From: Pavona decussata
Lineage: Eukaryota
Direction: 5' to 3'
NCBI GenBank assembly: GCA_977016875.1
Contig: CDRNST010000088.1
Location: forward strand, 2,790,001-2,854,000
Length of the DNA stretch: 64,000 bases
The position numbers and the translations under genes are program-made. The first letter of the stretch is position 1. Each line of letters begins with the position of its first letter. The notes under the pieces were generated by a model. It did not search any database. It was not told where the DNA came from and worked only from the letters and a program-made list of their open reading frames with translations. This document shows positions 60,761-64,000 of this stretch, piece after piece.

Positions 60761-63061
60761 TAACACATCTAAATATCAATCTCTGATATCTTACCCGAGA
60801 GATGAATGACTCAGCAGTCTGGTCTTCCTTCTCTTGTGGCAAAAGAGCTAGCTGTTGAACTACTGGTAATTTGGCTGCTCCTTCTTCAGACAGAACTAGC
60901 TCTACAGTGTCACGATTTCTTCATTTCCATTGCCTATATCGTGCGAAGACGATCCAGGCAAACTTTCTGTATCAGTTTTGTCAATACAGCTCTGAAATTC
61001 GTCACCAGAAGGAGAACTACATGTACTTGCTGATCAGCAACTCAAGAGTATTACATCACGACAAAAACACCATAGGTTTGAATAACATTGCCGCAACTCC
61101 AATCGCTTATATTCCGCGGGCTCACTGGAGCAGAAATCATAATGGCGGACTCGACAAACACCACATTTCAAGGTTCAATAGTTTCAATTTGTGGGGCCCA
61201 ACTTTCATTTCAGTGACCAAGACAGGTACAGCGACATCAGATAAGCCGTAAAAAACGCATTTTTGTTCCATACGTGACATAATGTTTTGATCGAAGTCAA
61301 ACTTTAACATCTTGCAATTGAGTATAATCTTCACTCTTGTATGCCGATTTTCTCTCATTAATTTGAGAACTTCTGTTCTCCCAATTTGAATGAATTCTCT
61401 TGGTCCACTTCTTTCAGTTCTCTCAATTGTGATTTTCTTGCAAAACCTCTAATGCGCTGGCTGTTGGGATAAATTTGAGTCTGTCATTGATATCTTTGAT
61501 TCTTCTGATTTTGTTCTGCAAATCTGATTCATCGGAAGTGAACACTTTGTTTTCTGGAATATTTTTGCTTTTTCTCAATCCAGGCATTTCCTCAAGTTCT
61601 CTGATTCACTCTGCCGATTTGCTTCTTCTTCTTGCTTGTGCTTGAACGTCGTGATTGTTTCTGAGCTTCATTTCTTTGCAGATGAACATGACGTGAAGCA
61701 TCTGTTGGTTCGAGCATTTCAGAATTTACTTCTGGAACTGCTTCATCAAGGACAGGTGGTCTCCTTGCTTGTGCAAGAGCTAGAGCTCCAGCAATAGGAT
61801 TTATCAATTCCACATTTCTCAATCGGTTGAATCCTCTGAGCCCAAGATCCCATTTCTGTCCTACTCAACAAACTTTACAAGGACCGAGGGTGGTATACCT
61901 GACAAATACCATATTTCCAGATATCTTGCTTGTAAGATCGCTACAGAATCTTCCCGCCTTCCCACTATAAATAATTATTAATGGTTTATATCCTTAGCTT
62001 TGAGATTCAGGTGAGTTGTCAGTGGTTGTTCATACCTGTTCTTTCTGATGATGGGTGGCAGAGAAGTGGGCAGGGGGGGGGGGGGGGGTTGACTGTTTTC
62101 AATAGCACAAAATTCGAAAGAAATATTTAAGAAAGTGTTACGGCCTGATTGCATGAGCCGCCCTGGCCTGGTTAGCAAAACGGTCCATTAGTAATTCAAT
62201 CTTTCCTTTTCTGTACAATGCATAAAGGTCTAGCAGACAGTCAAGGTTTATAAAACTTCAAAATAATGCACCAAAACGCTGGTTTATAATCCCTTAACGC
62301 ATTTTTGTATGTGTTTTTGGAGTTATTTTCAAAACAACTGGTTCTAAAGTTAGCCGTTATTGGGCTGACCTGCCTCATGTAATACTGTTAGCGTGTAAAA
62401 CCAAGCCAGCCTGGCTATCTAATCAGACCCTTAGTGTGGACAATGGCAATAATGAAATGATTTGATTGTAACAGCAAATGATGTACAGGCCTTGAAAGAG
62501 GCGTTCCCAATTAAAGACAAAGAAGTTGTCCAGGCTCTTGCAAGTGCTGTGGGGTCAAGAAATTAAGCTGCGGAGTAACCTTTACCAGCAGGGTTGAGCA
62601 GTGAAGTCACTGATCAAATTAGTAGGTATGTGCAGTACATAATCCAAAAGGGGAAAGGGAGGGGAATTGTTGCACCACATCTACAAGAAATGGAAAAAAT
62701 AGGCAGTCTCAGACTGCATGTGTCTACTGCAGTTATGGTATAGAAATGTGATATAAAAGAATTGAAGAAAAGGGAAATAAGACTGAAATGAAAACGAAGA
62801 GGGAGGAGTGGAAATAGGATAGAGATAAAAAAAATGGTTGTAAAAATATTGCACAGAATACTGGTGAGATTGAGATTAAGCTGGTATCGTTTACCACAAA
62901 CATTTTGTAAGAAGAGAACTGTAACTTTTTACACGGAATGCCCGCAGGGCATGACGTGTCTAGGTTTCGGTCGGGTATCTTTTTCTTCATCGGTGTCATA
63001 AATGTGCACATTAATTTATGCATTAAACTCTGTCCTCCCCTAGTAAGGATATATTGTTCTG

Positions 63062-63335
63062 TTTGTCTTCAACAGAAGCGGCCCAATCAAAATCTATTTT
63101 TCAGGCACATATCACGAGAGAGGGGACCCACTCATCACTTCTGTGTGACGTCAAATCATCATTTGATTTATTCATTAAAACTAGATTAAATTCTTCCCTC
63201 TCCCAGAAGGGATCTATTGTTTTGATTGTCTTGAACAAAAGCGGCCCAATCAAACTCCATTATCTGCGCGTATATCACGAGGGAGGGGACCCACTCATCT
63301 CTACTTGTGTGACGTCAAAGCAAATCATCATTTGG
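63062..63335 (+). repeat. Diverged ~100-bp direct repeat, each copy with CCAAT and TGACGTCA
   Basis: gtctt.aaca.aagcggcccaatcaaa...ggggacccactcatc...gtgtgacgtcaaa at about 63065 and 63228. Confidence 0.75.
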
Positions 63336-64000
63336 AAAAGTTGTTTTCGTTCAATGGCGGCCACATGTCTGAATTTAAGACTCCGGATCTGCCGTTTTCA
63401 GAGAGAAAACCAACCTTTTTCAAGCAGTAAATCGAAATAATAACTTCTAGGTAGTACTCGACAGTTGAAACGGCGGAAATTGGGAGAGTTCACAGCAAAG
63501 AAAATCTGCTTTAAAAAACAGATCGAATGATCAACGCGAAGGATTAGAGCTAGAGTAGGCCAGACCAGTTCAGCGGGGTCATGACGTTATTGCATAGTTA
63601 TTTCTGGTATGATTCCTAGTAACACAACGATAAGTATCACGCAATATATCTGAATAAAACCATTCAGACAATTATTTCAATGGCCAAGGGAGGATATTTT
63701 TTAAATATCTGCGAAACATACAATGGGGAATAATTTGGGCTACATTAAGCATTCCGTGTAATGCCATTAGAGGGGCATCTTGTTTCTAACATAAACAATG
63801 TATTATATAATCTTACAACGTGAACCACAACTTTGTACTGAAAGCAATGCAGCAAAGTTCTAAACATAAAGTACTGAAAGCAAAGTTCTAACCTGAAACG
63901 TGGGCATAAAATGCAACGGAAACTATTAAATAAATTAATCTATACTGAACTTATGAATGGCAAGTAGCATTCTTTAACCCTTTGACTCCTGTCGTATTTC

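Overview
This is AT-rich eukaryotic animal DNA. The repeat families point to a cnidarian, probably a stony coral (inference). No intact host gene, rRNA, tRNA or CRISPR is visible. The window is a dense field of mostly decayed transposable elements: Crypton and DIRS tyrosine-recombinase elements, PIF/Harbinger and ISL2EU elements, Gypsy and BEL fragments, three Penelope-like elements with hammerhead-like motifs, L1/Tx1 and CR1 LINEs, two pogo/Tigger elements, a SINE and many MITEs. The centre (20559-48379) is one nested stack with readable ends and target duplications: L1/Tx1 LINE > ISL2EU > MITE > 22.2-kb EnSpm/CACTA element (about 10.3 kb net) > pogo, a composite MITE and a Sola3 element > further MITEs. 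The best novelty candidate is the EnSpm/CACTA element. Its transposase ends in a Tudor/SH3-like domain. It is divergently paired with a spliced SAM-domain gene, which is followed by an ORF resembling herpesvirus-tegument (peptidase C76) deubiquitinases. All family assignments come from motif recognition by eye, not from database searches.
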